Source: Lingula anatina (lineage: Eukaryota; Animalia; Brachiopoda). Taken from it: a stretch of DNA of 64,000 nucleotides. Both the position numbers and the translations under genes were made by a program. Shown piece by piece: positions 1 to 11,294 of the stretch. The stretch spans positions 16,984,587 to 17,048,586 of the forward strand of contig CM120648.1 of assembly GCA_051362555.1 (NCBI GenBank), given 5' to 3'. Positions within the stretch are counted from its first letter, which is position 1, and every line of letters begins with the position of its first letter. The notes under the pieces were generated by a model. That model ran no database searches. It was not told the DNA's origin and saw only the letters and a list, made by a program, of their open reading frames with translations.

Positions 1-338
1 AATGGTTTCTTTTTCTTGGGAGCAATCTTGGGCGGAGGGTAGAGGTGACAACCTGCCCCAGTTTCTGAGCACCTGGGTGATAACCCTCCACCTGATACCA
101 TATCATTACTAGTAGACACACAGTCCACTGGCTCATCAACAGCCTTGGGAGGTGTCACCTTAGACAAAACAGTGCTGTTACCATCAGTTAGTGTCTTATC
201 ACAAGTACTGTCGCTGTCCACTATCATCCCTTGTTGTGAGACTTCTGCTTCATGTTGGGCCAACGGTTCGCCTGCCTCTTCCAGAACAGCCTCACTGCAT
301 GGCGGCGGAGAAGACATGTTTTCTGGATGTTCCTCCAT
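1..338 (-). CDS. Putative coding exon of an unidentified minus-strand host gene (runs off the left edge)
   Basis: Manual translation gives a stop-free frame MEEHPENMSSPPPCSEAVLEEAGEPLAQHEAEVSQQG...PPPKIAPKKKKP to the window edge. A candidate splice acceptor (tgtattgttattgtgttgtag|GAT) lies at 1010-1011 on the minus strand. No recognisable domain. Confidence 0.4.
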   Translation of the reverse strand, partial: MEEHPENMSSPPPCSEAVLEEAGEPLAQHEAEVSQQGMIVDSDSTCDKTLTDGNSTVLSKVTPPKAVDEPVDCVSTSNDMVSGGGLSPRCSETGAGCHLYPPPKIAPKKKKP

Positions 339-1394
339 TACAATGCTGTCACTTGGTCTGATACTAACATTATGCAATTTGTTTCCATTGTTTTCTTCTG
401 CTAACTGCAGTGGTATACTCCTTCTATCATGATTTTCGATTCAGGAACTGTAATACATTTTAGCCTGCTACTTTATCACCAGCAATACTCTGCCTGCCGC
501 TAACTATTGTTTTATCATATGAAAGACAGAGTGTTTGTAAAATCTTTTATCTATGTTCTGTTTTCTGAAAACAAATAAGCAAAGTTTGTCCTCTTTTTCT
601 CTCCTCCTATACCTACTACACTTCATAGTGCTAATGTTTTTCTTTCCCTGTCTTTTCCAGCTGTTGAAGCAAAGCCTTGGAGATCTTAATAAAAAGACCA
701 ACCACCACTTTCTACTGATCTAACTGCAGACTGCCATTGCCTTGCCAGGAACAGCCAGAGAAAGAGGCACTGCAATCCATGGCCTGTCTGTGATCAGTTG
801 ATGCAAGCAGCCAGTTCCACTCTGGCCTTGGATGTTCTAGATATAGATTCTACTAAGTTGTAAGTCAGTATATGTAGATGATCCCCCCATGGCACACTGA
901 CATTTTCATGGTATCCCTGCTGAACCATTAGTCTTGCTGTCATTGGTATGTATACCAGTATAAATAAGATGTTCAACTGTAGATTAATGATATCATCAAC
1001 TTCGAGATCCTACAACACAATAACAATACAATAACTGTCACAGTTCTAAAGATTTCTCCATCAACACTGTGCATATTTAAATATTTCAATTACTGATAAG
1101 CTCAAAATCTTCATATATCGTCTTTGTATCATCTTTTCAAACAAAAATGACTGTTAAAACAACTGTTACAGATCCCTAAACAAACTGTTCCAAAAAAGTC
1201 AGTGCTGTGTTTATCACCAGTTTTAAAGCAATCTTTTAAGCAATCCTTTACACCTAAATAACACCTCTACAGCATAATTTGTCTGACTGACAACTTCAAC
1301 TTCAGCCCATATGTTGTTTACCAACACTGCAGATACACATCAGATACAAACTAACTCCAACAGGAAAACCAAGTTTAACTGTTAAAAACATCTT

Positions 1395-4300
1395 AACACT
1401 AGAGGATCAGAGAGGCGATACCGCCTCCGAATATTGTACCACCAGCTGGAGCAAGCGCATTCGTATAGACCCCCACATACACAAAATAAGGGACATAGCC
1501 ACCAGTTTTGTGCTTGACAAGCTGTAAAAATGCAATCAACAAGAATTTTTAAACTATTGCAAAAAATATATATGGTACAATCAAATTTAAGTTCTTCGTA
1601 AGGTAGGTCAAGGGAAAATTTCAAGGTCACAGTAAATTGCCAGTATATGACTTCCTATTCAAGTTCAAGAGTAACTATGGACCTATCTCTGTCAAGTTTG
1701 AAGTTAAAAGAGAAAGAAATTAGCAGAGTTCAGTTCATGATAAAAAGTAGGTCAAAGGTCAATTTCAAGGTCACATTTAGATTGCCAGTATATGACTTTC
1801 TATTCAAGTTCAATAGTAACTATGGACCTATCTCTGCCAGTTTTGGAGATAAAAGGGAAGCAAAATTTGCAAAGTTCAGTTTATGGTGAAAAGTAGGACA
1901 AAGGTCAATTTTAATGTCACATTTATAATGCCAGTATATGACTTCCTATTCAAGTTCAATAGTAACTACGGACCTATCTCAGCCAGTTTTGGAGATAAAA
2001 GGAAAGCAAAATTTGCAAAATTCAGTTTATGGTGTAAAGTAGGTCAAAGGTCAATTTTAAGGTCACATTTAGATTGCCAGTATATGACTTCCTTTTCAAG
2101 TTCAATAGTAACTATGGACCTATCTCTGCCAGTTTTGGAGATAAAAGGAAAGCAAAATTTGCAAAGTTCAGTTCATGGTGAAAAGTAGGTCAAAGGTCAA
2201 TTTCAAGGTCACATTTAGATTGCCAGTATATGACTTCCTATTCAAGTTCAATAGTAACTATGGACCTATCTCAGCCAGTTTTGGAGATAAAAGGGAAGCA
2301 AAATTTGCAAAATTCAGTTCATGGTGAAAAGTAGGTCAAAGGTCAATTTCAAGGTCACATTTAGATTGCCAGTATATGACTTCCTATTCAAGTTCAATAG
2401 TAACTATGGACCTATCTCTGCCAGTTTTGGAGATAAAAGGGAAGCAAAATTTGCAAAGTTCAGTTTATGGTGAAAAGTAGGTCAAAGGTCAATTTTGAGG
2501 TCACATTTAGATTGCCAGTATATGACTTCCTATTCAAGTTCAATAGTAACTACGGACCTATCTCTGCCAGTTTTGGAGATAAAAGGAAAGCAAAATTTGC
2601 AAAATTCAGTTCATGGTGAAAAGTAGGTCAAAGGTCAATTTCAAGGTCACATTTAGATTGCCAGTATATGACTTCCTATTCAAGTTCAATAGTAACTATG
2701 GACCTATCTCAGCCAGTTTTGGAGATAAAAGGGAAGCAAAATTTGCAAAATTCAGTTCATGGTGAAAAGTAGGTCAAAGGTCAATTTCAAGGTCACATTT
2801 AGATTGCCAGTATATGACTTCCTATTCAAGTTCAATAGTAACTATGGACCTATCTCTGCCAGTTTTGGAGATAAAAGGGAAGCAAAATTTGCAAAGTTCA
2901 GTTTATGGTGAAAAGTAGGTCAAAGGTCAATTTTGAGGTCACATTTAGATTGCCAGTATATGACTTCCTATTCAAGTTCAATAGTAACTACGGACCTATC
3001 TCAGCCAGTTTTGGAGATAAAAGGAAAGCAAAATTTGCAAAATTCAGTTCATGGTGAAAAGTAGGTCAAAGGTCAATTTTAAGGTCACATTTAGATTGCC
3101 AGTATATGACTTCCTATTCAAGTTCAATAGTAACTATGGACCTATCTCTGCCAGTTTTGGAGATAAAAGGGAAGCAAATTTTGCAAAGTTCAGTTTATGG
3201 TGAAAAGTAGGTCAAAGGTCAATTTTAAGGTCACATTTAGATTGCCAGTATATGACTTCCTATTCAAGTTCAATAGTAACTATGGACCTATCTCTGCCAG
3301 TTTTGGAGATAAAAGGGAAGAAAAATTTGCAAAGTTCAGTTCATGGTGAAAAGTAGGTCAAAGGTCACTTTCAAGGTCATAGTAAGATTGCCAGTATATG
3401 ACTTCCTATTCAACTTCAATAGTAACTATGGACCTATCTCTGCCAGTTTTGGAGATAAAAGGGAAGAAAAATTTGCAAAGTTTAGTTCATGGTGAAAAGT
3501 AGGTCAAAGGTCACTTTCAAGGTCATAGTAAGATTGCCAGTATATGACTTCCTATTCAACTTCAATAGTAACTATGGACCTATCTCTGCCAGTTTTGGAG
3601 ATATAAGGGACTAAATGTTATAATTTTGGAGTTACCATAATGTGCCTTAAATTTTGTACAGAAAAAATTAATTAAAATAAAGAAAATGTCATTTTGGTCA
3701 AAATTCTTGAAATAGGAGGTGCTCTGAAGTTTCAGAAGTTCAAATTTGATGAAATAATGTCATTTTTGAACACAAGTTGTCTGCTTTGCCAAGCCTTATG
3801 TTTTATTTTTCCAGAGTTCAAAATTTATTATCCATTACCGTACTGCACATTTTGCTTTTACCACCAATATGTACTTTTTGATACAGCGTAACTCGAAAAC
3901 CGTATGGAATACAAAAAAACCGAGACCACCTCCAGTGTTGGGCTTTACATGCTCTACAAAATGCAAAAAAGAATGGGTCTCTAGCATTAACGGTTCCCGA
4001 ATTAGAGACAGTTTTCAGTTTCGGTATCTTATGGCCGCTACTCCCGTGAAAATGCACCGATTGACCCCAAATTCATGGAGATGAAAGATGACCTGAAGGG
4101 TAACACCTTCCAATAATATTATTGGTTAAGTCTGTGTGGTGTCTGAATAACAGGGCAAAAAAAATTTTTTTCGTAAAAAATTTCATTTTTTTGAAAATTT
4201 TGGCCCATTTGACCTTGAAGTAAAGGTCAAAGGTCAAATCCAAGGGTATATTTGAAATCTACACATATGACTTTTGGAAAGCCGTCTATAGAAATTTTTC

Positions 4301-4619
4301 CCATAACTCCTTCCGTAGGGTAGATAATTAGCATTTAATTTTGCCATTTTTAGACAAGGGTGCATTGCAATGAGTGCCACACCCAGACCCCAATACCGAC
4401 AAAGCCCAAATTTTACGTGGAACGAGTTGAGATTATAGGTGACCTAAATCCATGAGATGGGTACGGGGGCCCTTACCGTCTAGGAGGAGAAGCGGTAACG
4501 GTAGCCATCCGGCGGAGCCGGCGGAGCCAACGGAGCCGGCGGAGCCGGCGGAGCCGGCGGAACGATCCGGACGGGACCGAAACCATGTGTACCGCCAGCG
4601 CTAACGCTGGTGGTACAAT
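1395..4619 (+). mobile_element. Helentron-associated non-autonomous element (HINE-like) carrying an internal satellite array
   Basis: Subterminal inverted repeat ATTGTACCACCAGC (1433-1446) / GCTGGTGGTACAAT (4606-4619). 5' hairpin GAGGCG-atac-CGCCTC (1412-1427). 3' hairpin TGTACCGCCAGCG-ctaa-CGCTGGTGGTACA (4588-4617). A (CGGAGCCGG)n microsatellite at ~4509-4560 and a central tandem array complete the modular layout known for mollusc HINE/pearl-type elements. Confidence 0.7.
1603..3605 (+). repeat. 146-bp tandem satellite, ~13.7 copies
   Basis: Anchor CCAGTATATGA recurs at 1640, 1785, 1931, 2077, 2223 ... 3537 (146-bp period). Each unit contains AAGTAGGTCAAAGGTCA and usually TCAAGGTCA. Confidence 0.97.
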
Positions 4620-5549
4620 TATCCATAAGTAAGGTTTATAAGAAACCGGGCAACATAATTTGTAGAGATATCAATCCCAGTCTATCAGCACTTCAGCCAT
4701 ACACATAGCTCACTGGCAGACAACAGAACTCCCTATATAACACTGACCATCAGGGCACTAACTACAACCAAGGGCTCACTCCCAATGGAACTATTGTTCT
4801 ACATAGATCAATTCAACTCAATGGGGACTCTTGCTGAATGTGATCAGATTTCAAGATTAACACGCCTCTTCATAGCATTGAGTAGAACACAGAAAAGCTG
4901 GTGATTACTTTCCTATGTAGGAAACAAGAGGCAGCATTTAAAATCTGTTAACTGGATTGCACTCAGCAAGAGTCCCTGCAGAATTGGATTGATCTATGTA
5001 AAATGATAGCCTTATTGGGAATGTGTCCTAAGTTTTGAAGCAGCTGTACTGCACACATCTTTAAGAAAGTTTGGAATCCAATATCACAAATTTGTCTAAC
5101 TCTTTGTAACATATTTCTGTCAATATCTGAAGCCTTTCATTATGGGAGATGTCTACTGGGTCTGACCAGACAAAACACTTTACGGACAGAGAAATCATTA
5201 GAACTCAGCTGTCACTTCTAAGCCATTCACCCAGCCAGGGTTTAGTGATTTGCATTTGATTGCAATAAACCAGATATTAGGAGGAGAAGTTTCCCAAGAG
5301 GATGCTGTTTTGAGAGTCAAATGTAATAAATCTATGATCCAGTCTTTAACTGTGACTGCCTCTCGGGATTGTCTTCAATTCTGACAACTTTTCACCTCTT
5401 CTTAGGGTTTGCAGGGGTGTGCATTCATTTAAAATACCACTATCAGCTACTAGTATTTAAAGATATTAAGTGTACACTCCTCGTTTAATTTATTAAGTGA
5501 CAAAAGAGGAGACATATTCTATCTGCGCCACACATTATGGGACAATTTC

Positions 5550-6385
5550 TATGGGTGGCCAAAAGGGCAAAAATTCATGTCGTCGATTCAGTTATGTTTC
5601 GTCGATTCACTGCCTTCCCATCGATTCAGTTTCAAGTTTCAACGATCCTGTCATAAATTCATCATCTACTTTCGTCAATTCAATTGTCAAACATTTCTCA
5701 TCTACGATGTATTAAAACCAATGCTGTCACTATTTTCGTCGATCGTGTAACTAATCTCGTCAATCGTGTAACTATTCTCGTCGATCGTCTCATCGATCGA
5801 TCGCCAGAGGGCGCTGCAGTAGCAACACGTGCTTCTGTCTGTCAATCACGCGGTAATTTTTAACTCGGCCAGCCATGGTCAGAGTTGAAAACAACTAGAA
5901 AATAATGTCCCTACAACCGAATAGATTTTAATTATGAACAATTAAAATTGAAATTGTTGAGAAAATGTTCCTTTTTCACTAGCAATCATTTTGTTGTCTG
6001 CCATTTTGATAGTCATGTGATAGGCCAATGTACTACCGCAGCGCCCTCTGGTGATCGATCGATGAATGATGAGGTGACGTTACAGGATCGACGAGAACAG
6101 TTAGACGATTGACGAGAATAGTTTGACGATCTACGAGAATAGTTACACGATCGACGAAATTAGTGTGACGATCGATGAGAATAGTTACACGATCGACGAA
6201 AATAGTGACAGCATTGGTTTTAATACATCGTAGATGAGAAATGTTTGACAATTGAATTGACGAAAGTAGTTGTTGAATTTATGACAGGATTGTTGAAACT
6301 TGAAACTGAATCGATGGGAAGGCAGTGAATCGACGAAACATAACTGAATCGACGACATGAATATTTGCCCTTTTGGCCGCCCATA
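5550..6385. mobile_element. Non-autonomous DNA transposon with long TIRs, IS3EU-like
   Basis: TIRs of >200 bp starting TATGGGTGGCCAAAAGGGCAAA and ending TTTGCCCTTTTGGCCGCCCATA. 6-bp TSD AATTTC at 5544-5549 and 6386-6391. TAYGG termini with a 6-bp TSD are the IS3EU signature. Confidence 0.8.
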
Positions 6386-6584
6386 AATTTCTATAATGCT
6401 GTGTTACAACTGTGTCCACCATTTTAGTGACAAAAGTAAAGACATCCTGGCCTGCCATTACAACAAACTGACTTCAACCTTCACAATGCATCATCACAAG
6501 CTGCATTCTAGAATAGGACAAACCTGAACATAAATTCATAGTTAATTATAAATCATCGGTTTATTCCCAATGTAATCTACTGGA

Positions 6585-6974
6585 ATCCCATAGATAACAC
6601 ACAGGTGACCCACCTAGACCCACAGGTAAACTACAGGTAACCCATAGGTGATCCACAGGTGACCCACTGGTAACCTACAGGTAACCCACTTTAGACCCAC
6701 AGGTAACCCATAGGTAACCTATAGGTAACCCACAGGTAACCTACAGGTAACTCACTATAGACCCACAGGTAACCCATAGTTAACCTACAGGTAACCCACA
6801 GGTGACCCCATAGGTAACCTATAGGTAAGCCACTACAGACCCACAGGAAACCGACTACAAGAGACACAGATAACCTACAGTGACCCACAAGTAACCCACT
6901 GGTGACCCACTATAGACCCACAGGTAACCCGCTGAAGACCCATTGGAGACAGCCGTAAAGAAAGCCAGCCGGAA

Positions 6975-7014
<40 letters not shown>

Positions 7015-7290
7015 TTTAAGTCATATTACAAAGCCACTGGAGAATCTGTTAACCCACTGGAGAATCAGGTAACCCACTGGAGAATCTGTTAACCCACTAG
7101 TAACCCACTGGAGAATCCATTAACCCACTGGAGAATCTGTTAACCCACTAGTGACCCACTGGTAACCCACTGGAGAATCCATTTAATTAACCCACTGGTA
7201 ACTCACTGGAGAATCAGGTAACCCACTGGTGACCCACTGAAGACCCACGGGTAACCCAAAGGTAACCCACTGGTGACCCACTGGAGAATG
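6585..7290. repeat. Degenerate ~11-bp minisatellite (GGTAACCCACA/CT), interrupted by (TA)n
   Basis: Repeated ggtaaccca/ggtgaccca and aacccactggagaatc units; (TA)n at ~6980-7012. Confidence 0.85.
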
Positions 7291-7936
7291 CCCTAAATAC
7301 AACCAGAAAGACTATATACACGTACAAGTCAACATACAAAGCTTTGCTGTCTTGTGATGGAGTTTTGGGCAGTTTTACATAGCTTCAGATCGCAAGCTGT
7401 TTCATAAAGTCTTATAAAGTCTTCACACTGAAAGCCATCTTCTCACACATCTTACCTGAGCCGTTACCTGCCCCTACTACCACCACAGCAATGAGTGAAG
7501 CAGGTTTTCATCAAGTCTCTTAGTAAACTAAAACACCCGCCACATGTTTGGCTACACCCAGATGGAAACACGCTTACGTCTAATAATAAATACCATTTCT
7601 TCTTTGCTTTTTTTACCTGGTTTCTTAATTCAATCCAACAGCACCGAGGGCTGAATTTTGTAAAATGATCCTTTCCAATATTTACAGGAGTTCTAATAAA
7701 ATTATATGTGACAATATATTAGCCTACAGCTTTTGGCAAACTACCCTTAAGGGCAATCTAAGATATATTAGTTCAAGAATACTTTACAAAATCATGAAAC
7801 CCTCCCATTGATTTTCTTCACACAAAATTTTGAGTTACCGTGTAGTTACCAAGAATAAGTCAATCAGTAAAGTTTGCTTACATCTATGAATTCAACCTGG
7901 AAAAGTTTTGTGCTTTTAACTGATAAATAATTTTCG

Positions 7937-7980
<44 letters not shown>

Positions 7981-8531
7981 ATTACGATATGTTGACCAAA
8001 GTTAAAAACAGCAAAACATAAATGTATCTTTTTGAATTATTTTAAATCCCACCAAGCATTTCTTACTTATCTTTTCTACGTTAGAGACCTGATTCTATAT
8101 ATATGTATGTGAACTTAAAATATAAATTATATAATAAAATAAAGCTGCTTCCCATACCAAAATAAATAAGTATACCCAAATAATTAAATACCTTTCACTT
8201 TTCCATTACATTTACTTCTTATAACTGAAATGCCGCTCCATAGCAGTCAATCCTCCAGTGATAGCCATGCATTTCATCACAACATAAAATCCAGTTTTTT
8301 TTCCTGCCAATGTTACCTAAAGTGTACAGTGCCTATATAGACAGTTTCACTTCAAAGTTATGTTCTTTACCAACATGTTTCTTCAGTTCAATGACTCCCC
8401 CCCCTCTAGTATAATATACTCTCAGCTGAGAGATGAGAGGGGGCAACTGCTGCTTCCTTTCAAGTCAGGAGTCAGATGTGGCACTGGAGAGCTCTGCTTT
8501 GATGTAATCTGGAGATTCTGCCTCACAGTGA

Positions 8532-8534
<3 letters not shown>

Positions 8535-8586
<52 letters not shown>
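8535..8586. repeat. (CT)n microsatellite
   Basis: Pure dinucleotide run. Confidence 0.95.
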
Positions 8587-8589
<3 letters not shown>

Positions 8590-10308
8590 ATTTGAAGGTT
8601 TCTGTTAGCAAGTTACAAGGTGTCCTGTCATTTACTACCTGTATTATCAGCCGTGATTCTCAGTGTGTTCTACCACTGCCAGCTTCTTCCTGTCTGGTAC
8701 ATATGTACGAGAGAATTCCATTTAATTGCTGCCACTTCACTGTAAGTGATCATCTTGATCAGTGAAGTGTTCTTCAAGGAGCATCCGGACTGAAGTTTTG
8801 GATAAAAATAAAGCAAGAAAAAAAGACTGGGATAACAAATATCCTGCGATCCCTTAATAAACCAATCGATTCTGAGTGGGTACTAAGTCAATATCTATTA
8901 TTTGCAGTGTCTTTTTGACTTTTGGTTGACCAAATTATCAGTAACTGATGTCCAGGTGATATAAACCTAGGATACCCCTCCTCTGAGCTCTAGAATACAC
9001 CACAACATGGCAAGACTCAGCTGATTGCAATCCGTCATAATATATGATTGCACCACTACAGAAACAGACCGGTTTGCTCTCTGTTTGAAGTAATCCAATC
9101 AATTTTCTTTTACTTGTATCAATTAATCTACGTTAGCCCTGACCCTGGTTGGGGGTGAACGTCTGGTGAGTGTTGTGTGATGTTTTTAGTTCAATATCCA
9201 ACAAGAAGTGTAATTACCTGTGCAAGACCTCTCCGAGCCTTGCAAAAAGACCAAGGGAATCAATAACTAGATGTGAAAACAGAACTGGAGTTCCCAGTAG
9301 ACTTGAAAGGCTTTTCTGTCAAAACTGTGATTTTTAATGACACTTACTGCATCTAGAGACAGGACCACTAGAGTTAAGAAGGCAAGTATATTACTTAACC
9401 TGAAGCTAATGACCCATGGCATGGAGTTAGAACTGTTCCTCCACTGGGTACAAAAATCAATAATCTACACAGGAAAAAACACTTGGCAATGGTGCATTGT
9501 TGTGAAATAAAAAAAATAATCAAAATCAATCATATATCAATCCCAGCCAGTCTTTCATGTTTAATTTAATGTTATAAGTACAGCTGTGATTTGCCAACCT
9601 CGCCGAGGTTATTGACCAAGGTCAGTCTAAAATAAACTGACATCAGCCACTAATAAACCAGTGCAAGTTGATTCCTAAAATATATGTGGAGCATTAAGCT
9701 GTTTAATTTTCCTTTTTTTACTTGTATTGTTATTTCACCAACTTGACAAAAAATTGACAATATTGAATAAACAGTTTTAATAATTCTAGTTTTAATAAAA
9801 AGTCAATCACAGTATGTGTTTCTTAAATGCATGATCTTTCTTCAAAAATGGACTTTTATCATCATTGTGCAAGAGACTATGAAAAACACTTACAGTATTT
9901 CACTGAACTCCACTGAACAAATATAAATGCAAATACTACCAATTACACAGCTCCATGAAGGGAAAGGTCCCTTGATTCATTTACTAGACACTAGACCAAG
10001 AAATGTAGTCCATTTTATCATAAGCTTTGCCAAGCTTTATTCAAAACTTTAAATCAATCACTATTTATTTGAAAGAATTTTGAAAAAGAAATATTCCTGA
10101 TCTTAAGCACTGGCTATCATGGCAGTTGCCATTTCAAATAACCTGTGTTTATATAATTATCTCTGTTAACTTTGAGCTGGTAAAGTTCCCCTAAAACAAC
10201 CTGGGCAGTGCATCCCTGCCATGTGTTCTCCCTTCACATGCTGTGCTCTTATGTAACCTTAAGTTTCTACCTGTTGTTATACCTGCAACTCATATAAACC
10301 AAGGCTTA

Positions 10309-10589
10309 GGGACCATTTCCAGACCCTATCGTACTACCGAGTAACTTTGGATCGATCTATCTCCCAGGGGATTCTCACTAAATTGAAATGTACTTCAGCA
10401 GCTTAGATGTCTGTCATGCCTACTGAGGCTGCTAGGGGGTAATTATTGTTTTAAAAGCAGATTTAGCAGGCATGCCAGACATCTAAGCCACTTAAGCTAA
10501 AAACAATTTAGCTCAATTAAAAACCCTTGGAGATGGACCATTCCTGTTAGATCGATCTAGGAGATCGATCTAGGTATGGGAACCCAGTC
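10309..10589. mobile_element. PIF/Harbinger-like MITE (same family as 13877-14091, opposite orientation)
   Basis: TTA on both flanks, degenerate TIR containing GATCGATCTA. The reverse complement shares the aattaccccc...cagtaggc..gacagac core with 13877-14091. Confidence 0.55.
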
Positions 10590-10917
10590 TTAGGCTGGGC
10601 GCATAAGGGTCACCAAAATACCACATACCGTCTCTCTCTCAAGTTTATTATTACAGACAAATATAGCAGGCACCTGACAAAATGTTTTGACTTGAAAATC
10701 AGGGAGGTCATCCAGATTTCAAAATTATCCAGAGACATTATCGGTTATCCGTGCTTTTATTTAGTGTAATATGCTGACATGGAATATCTTGGTGTGCAAG
10801 GTCTCCACAAGGTACCAAACCCTGTGACAGGGGAGGGGGGGATTGGGAGGGGGGGGGAGTGGTTATACATCAGGTCCTCCTTCATTAAGACATTAAAAAG
10901 AAAAAGACTTCAGTTAA

Positions 10918-11279
10918 AGGGATAACAACTCTTTGTATGCGATCTATATTTCACAATAAATACATTGTGAGCAACTCATAGAAATATACTAGTAATGTAT
11001 TTCATTTTACCACAAAAAAGGCAGTTGTAATAATTATTCTGAAATGTATGGTTTTCATCGAACCATGTGACCTCTACAGATGGCTATATATTGTAAGAAT
11101 CTCTAGAGAGATTATTACACAAAACTAAACGTTTGAGAAAACATAGAAAAAAAAACAGGGAATAACTTTGAATGTAGAAATGGATTCATTAACCATTGGT
11201 TAGTATGGGAAAATTGTTTACCCCAGGAAAATTCATTTTTGGCTGAAATGAACAGCACTGGAATGAACAGTTGTTGCTC
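10918..11279 (+). mobile_element. Kolobok-like MITE (TTAA-AGGGATAAC family)
   Basis: Starts ttaa|AGGGATAACAACTC and aligns by eye with 41746-42126 and 46560-46877. Right end decayed. Confidence 0.65.
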
Positions 11280-11294
11280 AGTATGTAAACCTGA

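Noticed and set aside
1603-3605. Regular repeat arrays (also 11295-13517 and 41144-41342) as CRISPR-like
   Set aside because: Head-to-tail units with no unique spacers, no cas genes, and a eukaryotic context.
8639-8789. Possible internal minus-strand exon
   Set aside because: Only weak splice signals and no convincing reading frame.
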